Source of the DNA: Candidatus Caldatribacteriota bacterium
GTDB taxonomy: Bacteria; Atribacterota; Phoenicimicrobiia; Phoenicimicrobiales; Phoenicimicrobiaceae
Assembly: GCA_034659055.1 (NCBI GenBank)
Contig: JAYEGH010000151.1
Location: 1-38,861, forward strand
Length of the DNA stretch: 38,861 nt
Reading direction: 5' to 3'
The notes below the pieces were generated by a model. The model was not told the origin of the DNA and did not search any database. It saw only the letters and a list, made by a program, of their open reading frames with translations. Made by a program: the position numbers and the translations under genes. This document shows, one piece after another, positions 1 through 7,798 of this stretch (position 1 is the stretch's first letter; each line of letters begins with the position of its first letter).

Positions 1-4
1 AATG

Positions 5-33
5 AAACCGCAGCTCAAGGCTACGGTTTTTGT
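5..33 (+). terminator. Possible intrinsic terminator of a + strand gene lying left of the window
   Basis: Hairpin AAACCG-c-AGC / loop UCAAG / GCU-a-CGGUUU, followed by UUGU. It conflicts with a possible - strand ORF start at position 69 (see rejected list), so confidence is low. Confidence 0.35.
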
Positions 34-260
34 CTTGTTATCTTTAAATTTAAAAGCCAAAATTTCCATTTTTTTTAAAAATAACTCTTTAGTATTTTAC
101 TATATTGTAAGGGTTTTGTCAAAAAATCTCTTTTTCCAAACACCCCACTAAAGTTACACTAACGTCTCCTGTTGTCTAAAGATATTATAAATTTTAAACC
201 AAAATAAATCCCCGTTTTTTAACCGCTTTTCGGTTTCTTTTTATTTTAATTAATCGCGAC

Positions 261-575
261 TTAACTCTTAGGTGAAGCGGGCTGAATTTTAAATCTAATA
301 TCTATTATTATTTCTTCTTTTGCCTTCCTATTAATACTACTAATAATTTCTCCTTTTCTCATATTTAATTCATTAGCCCAGACATTACTTACCACACCTA
401 AAAAGAGAGTTTTCCCTTGTATTTTAACGGGGTGGGAATGGCGGGAAATTTCTTTTTCTACAACTTCATCCCAGTTATATATTGTTTGATATCCTTTTAC
501 TTTATGGTCTAATTTGTTCTTTTTTAAATACTTTTCTAAAATATCTTTTAAGGGGATTGGTTTTTTTCCTTTCAT
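261..575 (-). CDS. DUF721 / DciA-like protein (putative replicative-helicase operator)
   Basis: A 104-aa ORF whose start overlaps the recF stop by 4 nt (ATGA). It sits in the conserved position downstream of dnaA-dnaN-recF. The size and basic N-terminus fit DUF721. Assigned by context and recall, not by a search. Confidence 0.6.
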   Translation of the reverse strand: MKGKKPIPLKDILEKYLKKNKLDHKVKGYQTIYNWDEVVEKEISRHSHPVKIQGKTLFLGVVSNVWANELNMRKGEIISSINRKAKEEIIIDIRFKIQPASPKS

Positions 576-1711
576 AGAACAGATGCCTTCCCTTTTTTTA
601 TTTTAAATATCTTCCCTTTTTTTATAATATCCTTATTAAAATAATTTAGATTTATACTAGTAATAAAAGTTTGTACTTTTTTATTAATAATTAATTCTAA
701 TAAAAAACTTCTTCTCCTATCATCTAACTCTGACATAACATCATCTAAAAAGAGAATGGGATAAACACCCTCTTTTTCTTTTATTAAATCCACCTCGGCT
801 AATTTTAAGGTGAGAATTGCCGTTCTCTGCTGTCCTTGAGAACCATAGAAAGTTATGTTTGTTTTATTGATATAAATTAGGAAATCATCGCGATGGGGCC
901 CTATCAGGGTTGATTTGTAATTAATTTCTTTATCTATACACTCACTGATTTTTATTTTAAACTTTTCTTTTATATCTGTAGCTTTTTCCTCACATTTAAT
1001 AAAAACATTGGTATGATAAATTAAATTTAATTCGTTGTTCTCTTTGGTAATTTCCTGGTGAAATTTGTCTGCCATATGGCTGATTTTTTTTAAAAACCTG
1101 ATTCTGGTTAATATTAAAAACGCTCCATATTCTATTAGTTTTGGGTTCCATAAAATAAGGTTCTTTTTCTTTTCTCTTCTATTAATATTACTTTTTAATA
1201 TATTGTTTCGCTGGTTTAAAATTCGATAATACTGTAAGAGATATCTATTATATAAGGGATAAATTTGAGATATCTGTTCATCTAAAAATTTTCTTCTTAA
1301 AGAGGGCGAACCTTTAATTATTTGTAGGTGTTCCGGAGAGAAAACTACTCCTTTAAATTCTTTAATTAGTTGTCCTTTTTTTTTAAAATTATTATTTATT
1401 TTTATAGTTTTAACTAATTTATCTTTATTTAATTCCTCTATTTTTTTTTCTAAAGATAGATCAATTAAATAAATTTCTTCCTTTTTATTAATCTCTGTAT
1501 GTAGATATGTAGATTGATTATCCCAATTTATTAATTGTTTTTCTTTGTTTGTTCTATAAGAATTCCCTTTTGTTATTAAGCTCAGGGCTTCTAATATATT
1601 TGTTTTTCCCTGTGCATTATCTCCGATAAAAATATTAATATTACGGTCGAAAGTTATATTTAAATCTAAAAAATTTCTATAGTTTATTAATCTTATTTTA
1701 CTAAAATACAA
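572..1711 (-). CDS. recF: DNA replication/repair protein RecF
   Basis: Walker A GDNAQGKTN, the RecF signature GPHRDD, and Walker B-like FLDDV. Position follows dnaN. Confidence 0.93.
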   Translation of the reverse strand: MYFSKIRLINYRNFLDLNITFDRNINIFIGDNAQGKTNILEALSLITKGNSYRTNKEKQLINWDNQSTYLHTEINKKEEIYLIDLSLEKKIEELNKDKLVKTIKINNNFKKKGQLIKEFKGVVFSPEHLQIIKGSPSLRRKFLDEQISQIYPLYNRYLLQYYRILNQRNNILKSNINRREKKKNLILWNPKLIEYGAFLILTRIRFLKKISHMADKFHQEITKENNELNLIYHTNVFIKCEEKATDIKEKFKIKISECIDKEINYKSTLIGPHRDDFLIYINKTNITFYGSQGQQRTAILTLKLAEVDLIKEKEGVYPILFLDDVMSELDDRRRSFLLELIINKKVQTFITSINLNYFNKDIIKKGKIFKIKKGKASVL

Positions 1712-1722
1712 TATTTTTCCTT

Positions 1723-2883
1723 TTATTCTGCCCTTACCGGCATTAAAATATAGATATATTCTTTGTCATTTTCAGGATTAATAACTACAGGATTTAGAGG
1801 ATCGTTAAATTTTATTTCGGTATTTTTAGTTTTTATAATTCTTAATATATCTAAAATATATTTAGAATTAAAAGTTATATTTATATCTTTTCCTTTTTTA
1901 TAACAAAAAATATTTTCGTGTGCCTCACCTACATTTTGACTTAGGGCTTTTAAAATTATTTCACATCTTCCTTCAGAATTATCTTTTTGGTTTTTAATCT
2001 CCATTTTAATTGTATTTATATCTTCTTTAACAAATAACGAAATTCTTTCCATTTTATCTCTAAACTCATCAGTATTTACTTTTATTTCTGTATTAAAAGA
2101 TTTAGGTATAATTTGATGATAATCAGGAAATTGCCCCTCTATTAATCTGGAACACACTCTAATATTATTTTTTTGTCCATCTGGAAATAATATAAACAGA
2201 GCTTGTTTTTCCCCTAAACTTATTTCTACAAATACATCTTTTTCATCAGATAATAATTTATATAATTCTGACAATGTTCTATAAGGTATAATTACTTCGC
2301 TTTCTTCTGTAATATTTTCATTTGTTTTAGAAATAGAAATACTTTTAAGAGAAAGTCTATGACTATCAGTAGTGACTACTTCTATTTTTTTACCTATTTT
2401 TTTGAATAAAGCCCCATTTAAAAAAGATCTATTTTCATCTTTAGAAGCAGCAAATAAAGTCTTTTGAATAGTATCTTTAAGATCTTTTTGAGGTAACTTT
2501 ATTTTAGATTTTACTTTTATCTCAGGAAAATTAGAAAATTCTTCAGCAGAAAATCCTAATATTTTATAATTTGAATTATTTTCTTTTATAATAGCAATAT
2601 TATTTTCTTTACTTTCTACTTCTATATTTCCTTCAGGAAATTTTCTGATTAATTCACTTATTATTCTATTTGGTAGAACAATCGCACCGGTTTCTATAAC
2701 TTGAGCTGATACATAACAATCTATTCCTATTTCTAAATCAGTAGCAAATAAATGAATTTTATTATCCTTATTAACTTCAAAGAGAATACCATTATAGATT
2801 GGTAACCCAATTTTATTGGATATTCCTTTTTGTACAATTTGAATTCCATGAACTAAACTTTCTTGAGAACATATAAATTTCAT
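1723..2883 (-). CDS. dnaN: DNA polymerase III beta sliding clamp
   Basis: A 386-aa ORF directly downstream of dnaA. N-terminus MKF.C....L and C-terminus YILMPVR are typical of DnaN. Confidence 0.93.
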   Translation of the reverse strand: MKFICSQESLVHGIQIVQKGISNKIGLPIYNGILFEVNKDNKIHLFATDLEIGIDCYVSAQVIETGAIVLPNRIISELIRKFPEGNIEVESKENNIAIIKENNSNYKILGFSAEEFSNFPEIKVKSKIKLPQKDLKDTIQKTLFAASKDENRSFLNGALFKKIGKKIEVVTTDSHRLSLKSISISKTNENITEESEVIIPYRTLSELYKLLSDEKDVFVEISLGEKQALFILFPDGQKNNIRVCSRLIEGQFPDYHQIIPKSFNTEIKVNTDEFRDKMERISLFVKEDINTIKMEIKNQKDNSEGRCEIILKALSQNVGEAHENIFCYKKGKDINITFNSKYILDILRIIKTKNTEIKFNDPLNPVVINPENDKEYIYILMPVRAE

Positions 2884-2918
2884 TTTTTTCTCCTTACATT
2901 ATAATTTATATAGAAAAA

Positions 2919-2936
2919 TAGTATTAGTAGTAATAG
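2919..2936. repeat. Trinucleotide array TAG TAT TAG TAG TAA TAG (DnaA-trio-like)
   Basis: Six consecutive 5'-TAN-3' triplets on the + strand in the dnaA-dnaN spacer. Five of six fit 5'-TAR-3' (equivalent to 3'-GAT/AAT-5'). Confidence 0.35.
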
Positions 2937-2992
2937 GAGATGTTAATATTGGGGAAATAATAAATAAACTTCATATTTTATTATATTCCAGG

Positions 2993-3013
2993 TGTGGAAA
3001 AAGTTATGGATAA
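2993..3013. promoter_or_regulatory. Two DnaA boxes in the dnaA-dnaN spacer
   Basis: TGTGGAAAA at 2993-3001 and TATGGATAA at 3005-3013, each 8/9 to TGTGGATAA. A weaker TGGGGAAAT lies at 2950-2958 (7/9). Confidence 0.65.
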
Positions 3014-3104
3014 TTTTAACAAATATTAACAATTTCCTCATTTATTTTTCTTTTTTAAAATATCAATAAATTATTAACATTTTATTAAGGTTAGTACTAA
3101 CAAC

Positions 3105-4475
3105 TTATACATTTTTAATTTTTGAAATTAGGTTAGCTATACCCATTTTTAAATTTTTATCGCTTTTAATATTATTTTTTATTTTACTATATGAATGCAT
3201 AATTGTAGTATGGTCTTTTCCTTTAAAGGCTTCACCAATTTCATTAAGAGAATGTTCGGTTAATTCACGGGAAAGATAAATAGCTATTTGTCTGGCCAAA
3301 ACAATATTTTTTGTTCTTTTAATAGAGAGAAGATCATTTATTTTAATGCCATAGTATTCAGAAGCTAATTTTTGAATAAGTTTAATTGATATATCCTTTT
3401 TTTCTAAAGGAATTATATCTTTTAATACTTCCTGAGCTAAAGGAAGAGAAATTTCTCTCCCGGTGATCTTAGAGTAAGCATTTAATTTAATTAAAGCACC
3501 TTCTAATTTCCGGATGTTGGCAGGGATGTTATCAGCAACAAAATCAATTATATTGTTAGGTATCTTTAGTTTATCTTTTTCTGTTTTTTTCCTTAAAATA
3601 GCTACTCGTGTTTCAAAATCAGGAGGGGTAATATCGGTTATTAACCCCCATTCAAATCTAGAAATTAAACGCTTTTCCAAAGTGGGAATATCTTTTGGTG
3701 GCTTATCACTGGTAATTACAATTTGTTTATTAGATTCATATAAAGTATTAAAAGTATGGAAAAATTCTTCCTGGGTCCTTTCTTTGCCGGCCAAAAATTG
3801 TATATCATCAATTAATAACACATCTACATGACGATATTTATTACGAAAATTTACAGTTCGATCATCCCTTATTGAATTAATAAGCTCATTAGTAAACTTT
3901 TCAGAAGAGATATATAATACGTGAATTTTTTTTATTCCATCTTGTTTTATTATATAATTACCAATAGCCTGTAATAGATGGGTTTTACCCAAACCAACTC
4001 CTCCATATAAAAATAACGGATTATATGCCTTACCCGGAGATTTAGCAACTGCCAGGCTGGCAGCATGGGAAAACCTATTAGAATTACCTACTACGAAATC
4101 GATAAAGGTATACTTTGGATTTATAGTTGCATGTATATTTTTTTTATAAATAGGCGTAGTCCTTGTATTTTTTGTATTTTTTGTAGTGGATTTTAAAATC
4201 GGTCCCGAAGATTTTTGACCAACAACCTTAAATTGTATAGACAAATTTTTATTTAAACCTAATCTTTTTTGAAGGACATCTTGAATTAAATCCAAATAAT
4301 GTTTTTCCAACCAATCTTTACAAAAAGTGCTTGGCACAGAAATCATTAATCTATTATTTGTTGATCCGGTGATTTTTGTGTTACTAAACCAACTATTATA
4401 AGATTGAGGCGGAAGTTTTTCTTTTATTATTATTAAAACATTATTCCATAATTTTTCCATATCTGTAAGTTCCAT
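3105..4475 (-). CDS. dnaA: Chromosomal replication initiator DnaA
   Basis: AAA+ Walker A GGVGLGKTHLL, Walker B LLIDDIQFL, and a C-terminal DnaA-box-binding domain (HTTIMHSY). Confidence 0.96.
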   Translation of the reverse strand: MELTDMEKLWNNVLIIIKEKLPPQSYNSWFSNTKITGSTNNRLMISVPSTFCKDWLEKHYLDLIQDVLQKRLGLNKNLSIQFKVVGQKSSGPILKSTTKNTKNTRTTPIYKKNIHATINPKYTFIDFVVGNSNRFSHAASLAVAKSPGKAYNPLFLYGGVGLGKTHLLQAIGNYIIKQDGIKKIHVLYISSEKFTNELINSIRDDRTVNFRNKYRHVDVLLIDDIQFLAGKERTQEEFFHTFNTLYESNKQIVITSDKPPKDIPTLEKRLISRFEWGLITDITPPDFETRVAILRKKTEKDKLKIPNNIIDFVADNIPANIRKLEGALIKLNAYSKITGREISLPLAQEVLKDIIPLEKKDISIKLIQKLASEYYGIKINDLLSIKRTKNIVLARQIAIYLSRELTEHSLNEIGEAFKGKDHTTIMHSYSKIKNNIKSDKNLKMGIANLISKIKNV

Positions 4476-4585
4476 AATTAAATCCCGCCATATAGTTGAT
4501 TTTTATAATTGTTTTATATATTTACCGAGAGAAACAAAACTATAAATTTTTCTCGGAAAACCGCATTTTACAAAGAGTCTATGAC

Positions 4586-4618
4586 TTATCCACAGAATTA
4601 ACAGGTAGTTGTGGAAAA
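4586..4618. promoter_or_regulatory. Convergent DnaA-box pair 1
   Basis: TTATCCACA at 4586-4594 (9/9 consensus) and TGTGGAAAA at 4610-4618 (8/9, opposite orientation). Confidence 0.8.
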
Positions 4619-4725
4619 AAATAATCATCATTTTTTAGCAATATAGAATGATTTTTAAAAAAATATAGAATTTATTAGTTTATTTATAGTTTACTGAATG
4701 GTCTATATTAGTTCATTTAGTCGAG

Positions 4726-4756
4726 TTATCCACAGTTTATTAACAGCTGTGGAAAA
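4726..4756. promoter_or_regulatory. Convergent DnaA-box pair 2
   Basis: TTATCCACA at 4726-4734 (9/9) and TGTGGAAAA at 4748-4756 (8/9). Both pairs share an internal TTAACAG, so the roughly 31-33-bp unit is itself repeated 140 bp apart. Confidence 0.8.
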
Positions 4757-4849
4757 ACTTAGTGTAAAATACATATATTTTGTATTAATAATATCAAAAA
4801 ATATTATTTTAAGCAATGTTATTTTTATCAATATTTTTAAGTCCATCAG

Positions 4850-4897
4850 CCGATTAACTAATTTACCGATTCATCAATTAGCCGTTTTTGCAATTAA
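4850..4897 (+). repeat. Three tandem imperfect 16-bp repeats, each starting CCG (candidate unwinding-element or iteron repeats)
   Basis: CCGATTAACTAATTTA / CCGATTCATCAATTAG / CCGTTTTTGCAATTAA. Neighbouring units match at 11/16 by my count. Confidence 0.5.
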
Positions 4898-5016
4898 ATT
4901 AGTTGTCATTTACCGGAACTCCTGAATTCTTCTCTCTCTTTTTCTTTTTTTTTGATTATAATTGATTATCACTTATTACTCATTACCGGCTTTTACATCC
5001 GATACTGTTATTTAAT

Positions 5017-5046
5017 TTGACATTTAGGGGTAATTAAAGATATAAT
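5017..5046 (+). promoter_or_regulatory. Sigma70-type promoter of rpmH-rnpA
   Basis: TTGACA at 5017-5022, an 18-nt spacer, then TATAAT at 5041-5046, about 70 nt upstream of the rpmH ATG. Confidence 0.7.
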
Positions 5047-5118
5047 TTCCTTGATAAATTTTTAGAATTTATAGTTATACTTATTTACTATAATGAGAAA
5101 AGGAGAGAAAGTAGAAAA

Positions 5119-5259
5119 ATGAAGCGTACTTACCAACCAAATACAAGAAAAAAGCTTAAGGTTCACGGATTTAGAAAGAGAATGAGCACCAGAGCCGGGC
5201 AAGCTATAATAAAAAGGAGACGCGCGAAAGGGCGCAAAAAACTTACTGTATCCGGATAA
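5119..5259 (+). CDS. rpmH: 50S ribosomal protein L34
   Basis: Not in the ORF track because it is too short. My translation is [46 protein letters not shown]. An AGGAGA ribosome-binding site lies upstream. This is the classic L34 sequence. Confidence 0.95.
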   Translation: MKRTYQPNTRKKLKVHGFRKRMSTRAGQAIIKRRRAKGRKKLTVSG

Positions 5260-5275
5260 TAATTTAGTTAAAGGC

Positions 5276-5644
5276 TTGGAAAATGGTTTGTTAAAAAGAA
5301 AACTATCAAATAACATTGAATTTAGAAGAGTTTTTTCTAATGGCATCAAAAGAGATAGTAAAAATCTAAGAATGTTTATTTTAAAAAACCAGCATAAATT
5401 TAATCGGCTGGGGATAGTTATTAAAAAAGAAGTAGGGAAGGCAGTAGTAAGAAATAAGATAAAAAGACGCCTAAAAGAAGCATTTCGTTATTTAGATAAG
5501 AAATTATTTCAAGAATATGATATAATTATATTTGTAAAAAAAAGTGCTGTAAATCTGAGCTATTTGCAATTATATGAAGAATTGAAGAGTATTTTAAATA
5601 GTTACAAGAAAGCAATTAATAAAAATACAAAAGATAATATTTAA
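5276..5644 (+). CDS. rnpA: Ribonuclease P protein component
   Basis: Follows rpmH. Contains the basic RNR-type motif AVVRNKIKRRLKE. The start codon is uncertain (TTG at 5276 or TTG at 5288). Confidence 0.88.
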   Translation: MENGLLKRKLSNNIEFRRVFSNGIKRDSKNLRMFILKNQHKFNRLGIVIKKEVGKAVVRNKIKRRLKEAFRYLDKKLFQEYDIIIFVKKSAVNLSYLQLYEELKSILNSYKKAINKNTKDNI

Positions 5645-5691
5645 TAACCTAATACGTAGATCTTGAAAAGCAGATTTATATTAAGGATAAA

Positions 5692-5931
5692 ATGAGTAAA
5701 TTAATAATTTTTCTTATAACTATATACCAGAAGTATATATCCCCTTTAAAGCCTGCCACCTGCAGATTTTACCCTACTTGCTCTAATTATACTGCGCAGG
5801 CCTTAAAAAAATATGGTTTTTTAACAGGTGCGTGGCTTTCCATAAAGAGAATATCAAGATGTCACCCGTTTAATCAAGGGGGTTATGATCCCCTGCCCGA
5901 ATCATTGCAGGTTACCCGCAAGAAAAAATGA
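5692..5931 (+). CDS. yidD: Membrane protein insertion efficiency factor YidD
   Basis: Motif [10 protein letters not shown]...RC.P...GGYDP, in conserved context. Confidence 0.92.
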   Translation: MSKLIIFLITIYQKYISPLKPATCRFYPTCSNYTAQALKKYGFLTGAWLSIKRISRCHPFNQGGYDPLPESLQVTRKKK

Positions 5932-5983
5932 TTTTAAGATAAAAAATTATACAAAAAAGAAAAAGGAGAAAATTACAGAAGAT

Positions 5984-6904
5984 ATGTGGAGTTCTTTAAC
6001 TGATTTAGTTGCAAAAGTATTAACGATGCTCTTTGCTTTTACCCATAATTACGGGGTTGCTATCATATTGCTTACTATTGTAATTAGGCTAATATTATAT
6101 CCTTTAATGCAAAAACAAATGGTTTCCATGAGAGAGATGCAGAAAATTCAACCCTTAATGAAAGCGGTTCAAGAAAAATATAAAAATGATAAAGAAAGAT
6201 TAAACAAAGAATTGATGGCCTTATATAAAGAACATAAAGTAAACCCGATGAGCGGTTGCTTGCCTTTATTAATTCAAATGCCTATCCTGATATTACTCTT
6301 TCAGACCTTAAGAAAATTTGAATATAAAAATCCTATCACCGATCAAATAGCAGGCGGATTTTTATGGATTGCTGACAAGGTTACAATTTTAATAGATGGG
6401 AAATTAACCGAGGTTGCAGGATTAGCTGCCCCCGAACAGTTAATTCACTTGCCGGGAAGTGGTATTTTTGGGTTGCAAGCCCTTGGAATAATGCCTTTCC
6501 TGGTTGCCGGATCCATGTGGTATCAACAAAAAATGACTACCGGCAATACAGGCGCGGGGGGTGGCAAATCAACCGAACAAACTCAAAAGATGATGACTAT
6601 TATGATGCCTTTAATGATTGGTGTTATGAGTTTTAGCCTTCCTTCAGGATTGACGTTGTATTGGCTAACTTCAACTCTTTTGGGGATTGGGCAACAATAT
6701 TTGATTAATAAGAAGATGCCTACAGCTGTTGCGACAGCAAAAGATGCAGGCATTAGAGAAAAAAAAGACCCCGTTCGTAAAGAGTTAAAGAAAAAGGCTG
6801 TTGTTCAGGACGATCCTTGGATACCCGGCTACAAAGATGTTGTTACTAAAAAAGCTGACAAATATAACAAAAAGAATAAAAAATTTAAAAAAAGTAAAAA
6901 ATAA
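5984..6904 (+). CDS. yidC: Membrane protein insertase YidC/Oxa1 family
   Basis: The ORF is open from 5885 but overlaps yidD there. The ATG at 5984 follows a GGAG ribosome-binding site. Contains NPMSGCLPLLIQMPI and a Lys-rich C-terminal tail. Confidence 0.9.
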   Translation: MWSSLTDLVAKVLTMLFAFTHNYGVAIILLTIVIRLILYPLMQKQMVSMREMQKIQPLMKAVQEKYKNDKERLNKELMALYKEHKVNPMSGCLPLLIQMPILILLFQTLRKFEYKNPITDQIAGGFLWIADKVTILIDGKLTEVAGLAAPEQLIHLPGSGIFGLQALGIMPFLVAGSMWYQQKMTTGNTGAGGGKSTEQTQKMMTIMMPLMIGVMSFSLPSGLTLYWLTSTLLGIGQQYLINKKMPTAVATAKDAGIREKKDPVRKELKKKAVVQDDPWIPGYKDVVTKKADKYNKKNKKFKKSKK

Positions 6905-6940
6905 TAAATTAAAAAAAATATAAAAATAGAGGAAATCGTT

Positions 6941-7468
6941 TTGGAGAAAAATACTGATGTTGATTCCGGATTTAACCTTTCCGAAGAAGCCAAATTAATT
7001 TTAAAAAAAATCATTGATTTTATTTTAGAAGACGGTGAAGTGGAAATATTAAATCAGGGAGAAGCAGGAATAATAAATTTAGACATAAAAACTTCGGATC
7101 CTTCAATAATTATTGGAAGGCACGGGCATACCCTTGATGCTATACAACACGTGTTGAACATTTTAGTGAATCGGAAAGTTAACGCGAATGAGAGAAAGAA
7201 AATAGTAGTTGATGCTGAAGATTATAGGGGAAAAAGAAAAGATATTTTAACCAAATATGCTGAAGAAAAAGCAAGCATGGTAAAAAATTCCAATAATGAA
7301 CTTCCTCTCTGTTTTATGAATGCGGCAGAAAGAAGGATAATACATGTTGTTTTACAAGAAGATCCTTCCGTAATGACTTATAGCGAGGGGATAGAACCTT
7401 ATAGAAAGGTTATTATTGCTCCTCGAGAGAAAGAAGAAGAAGAAAAAAAAGATATAGAAAAATCATAA
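6941..7468 (+). CDS. jag: Jag/KhpB-type RNA-binding protein (KH + R3H domains)
   Basis: KH-like IIGRHGHTLDAIQ and R3H-like ERRIIH. Position follows yidC. TTG start preceded by AGAGGA. Confidence 0.85.
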   Translation: MEKNTDVDSGFNLSEEAKLILKKIIDFILEDGEVEILNQGEAGIINLDIKTSDPSIIIGRHGHTLDAIQHVLNILVNRKVNANERKKIVVDAEDYRGKRKDILTKYAEEKASMVKNSNNELPLCFMNAAERRIIHVVLQEDPSVMTYSEGIEPYRKVIIAPREKEEEEKKDIEKS

Positions 7469-7481
7469 TACTTTTACTTTT

Positions 7482-7543
7482 AAGAAGCATAAAAAGTTGC
7501 AAATATTTTCCCCAAGGTGAATATTGGTCTTTTTATGCTTCTT
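7482..7543 (+). terminator. Long hairpin downstream of jag (terminator-like)
   Basis: The 15-nt arms AAGAAGCATAAAAAG (7482-7496) and CTTTTTATGCTTCTT (7529-7543) are perfectly complementary, separated by a 32-nt loop and followed by TTTGTTG. Confidence 0.5.
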
Positions 7544-7798
7544 TTTGTTGGCCTGTAATCTAATAAGGTCCAGAAAAAGGGTATAGACTATATCCTAAAT
7601 TTCAAGCAACATCGGAAAATGATTTTTTAGTTGCAATAAAAACAAGCGTTTGCTTTTGTTGATTTAACCAGGATAGATAAGAATATAAGATTAATATTTT
7701 GTGAAAATTAATCACTTGTTTAAAGTTTTTTTACCTTAAGTGACAAGAGATTAGCAAGCTTAACCAATAAACCAATAAAAAACAAAACGGAGTCTGTT

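Larger units (their letters stand above)
4476..5016. other. Candidate oriC (dnaA-rpmH divergent spacer)
   Basis: Genes diverge from this spacer (dnaA side on -, rpmH side on +). It contains four DnaA boxes in two convergent pairs, a near-pure A/T block at about 4760-4845, three tandem 16-mers and a polypyrimidine run at 4929-4953. Confidence 0.75.

Noticed and set aside
218-250. A + strand terminator-like hairpin (AACCG-CUUUU-CGGUU plus a U-run) just beyond the DUF721 stop. It might mark a small + strand RNA in 60-250.
   Set aside because: The stem is only 5 bp and I could not find a convincing + strand promoter. The orientation is wrong for terminating the recF-DUF721 transcript.
4698-4925. 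A 75-aa ORF inside the dnaA-rpmH spacer.
   Set aside because: It spans the DnaA boxes and the A/T block of the putative origin. It has no ribosome-binding site and gives a hydrophobic low-complexity translation. The region is better explained as oriC.
4974-4986. The exact 13-mer TATTACTCATTAC is shared with 22474-22486, with similar flanks, both upstream of + strand genes.
   Set aside because: By a rough composition-based estimate, AT-rich 13-mers are expected to recur by chance many times in a 39-kb AT-rich window. There is no supporting structure or conserved spacing to the genes.
5062-5349. A 95-aa ORF on the - strand.
   Set aside because: It is antisense to the unmistakable rpmH (L34) coding sequence and to the start of rnpA.
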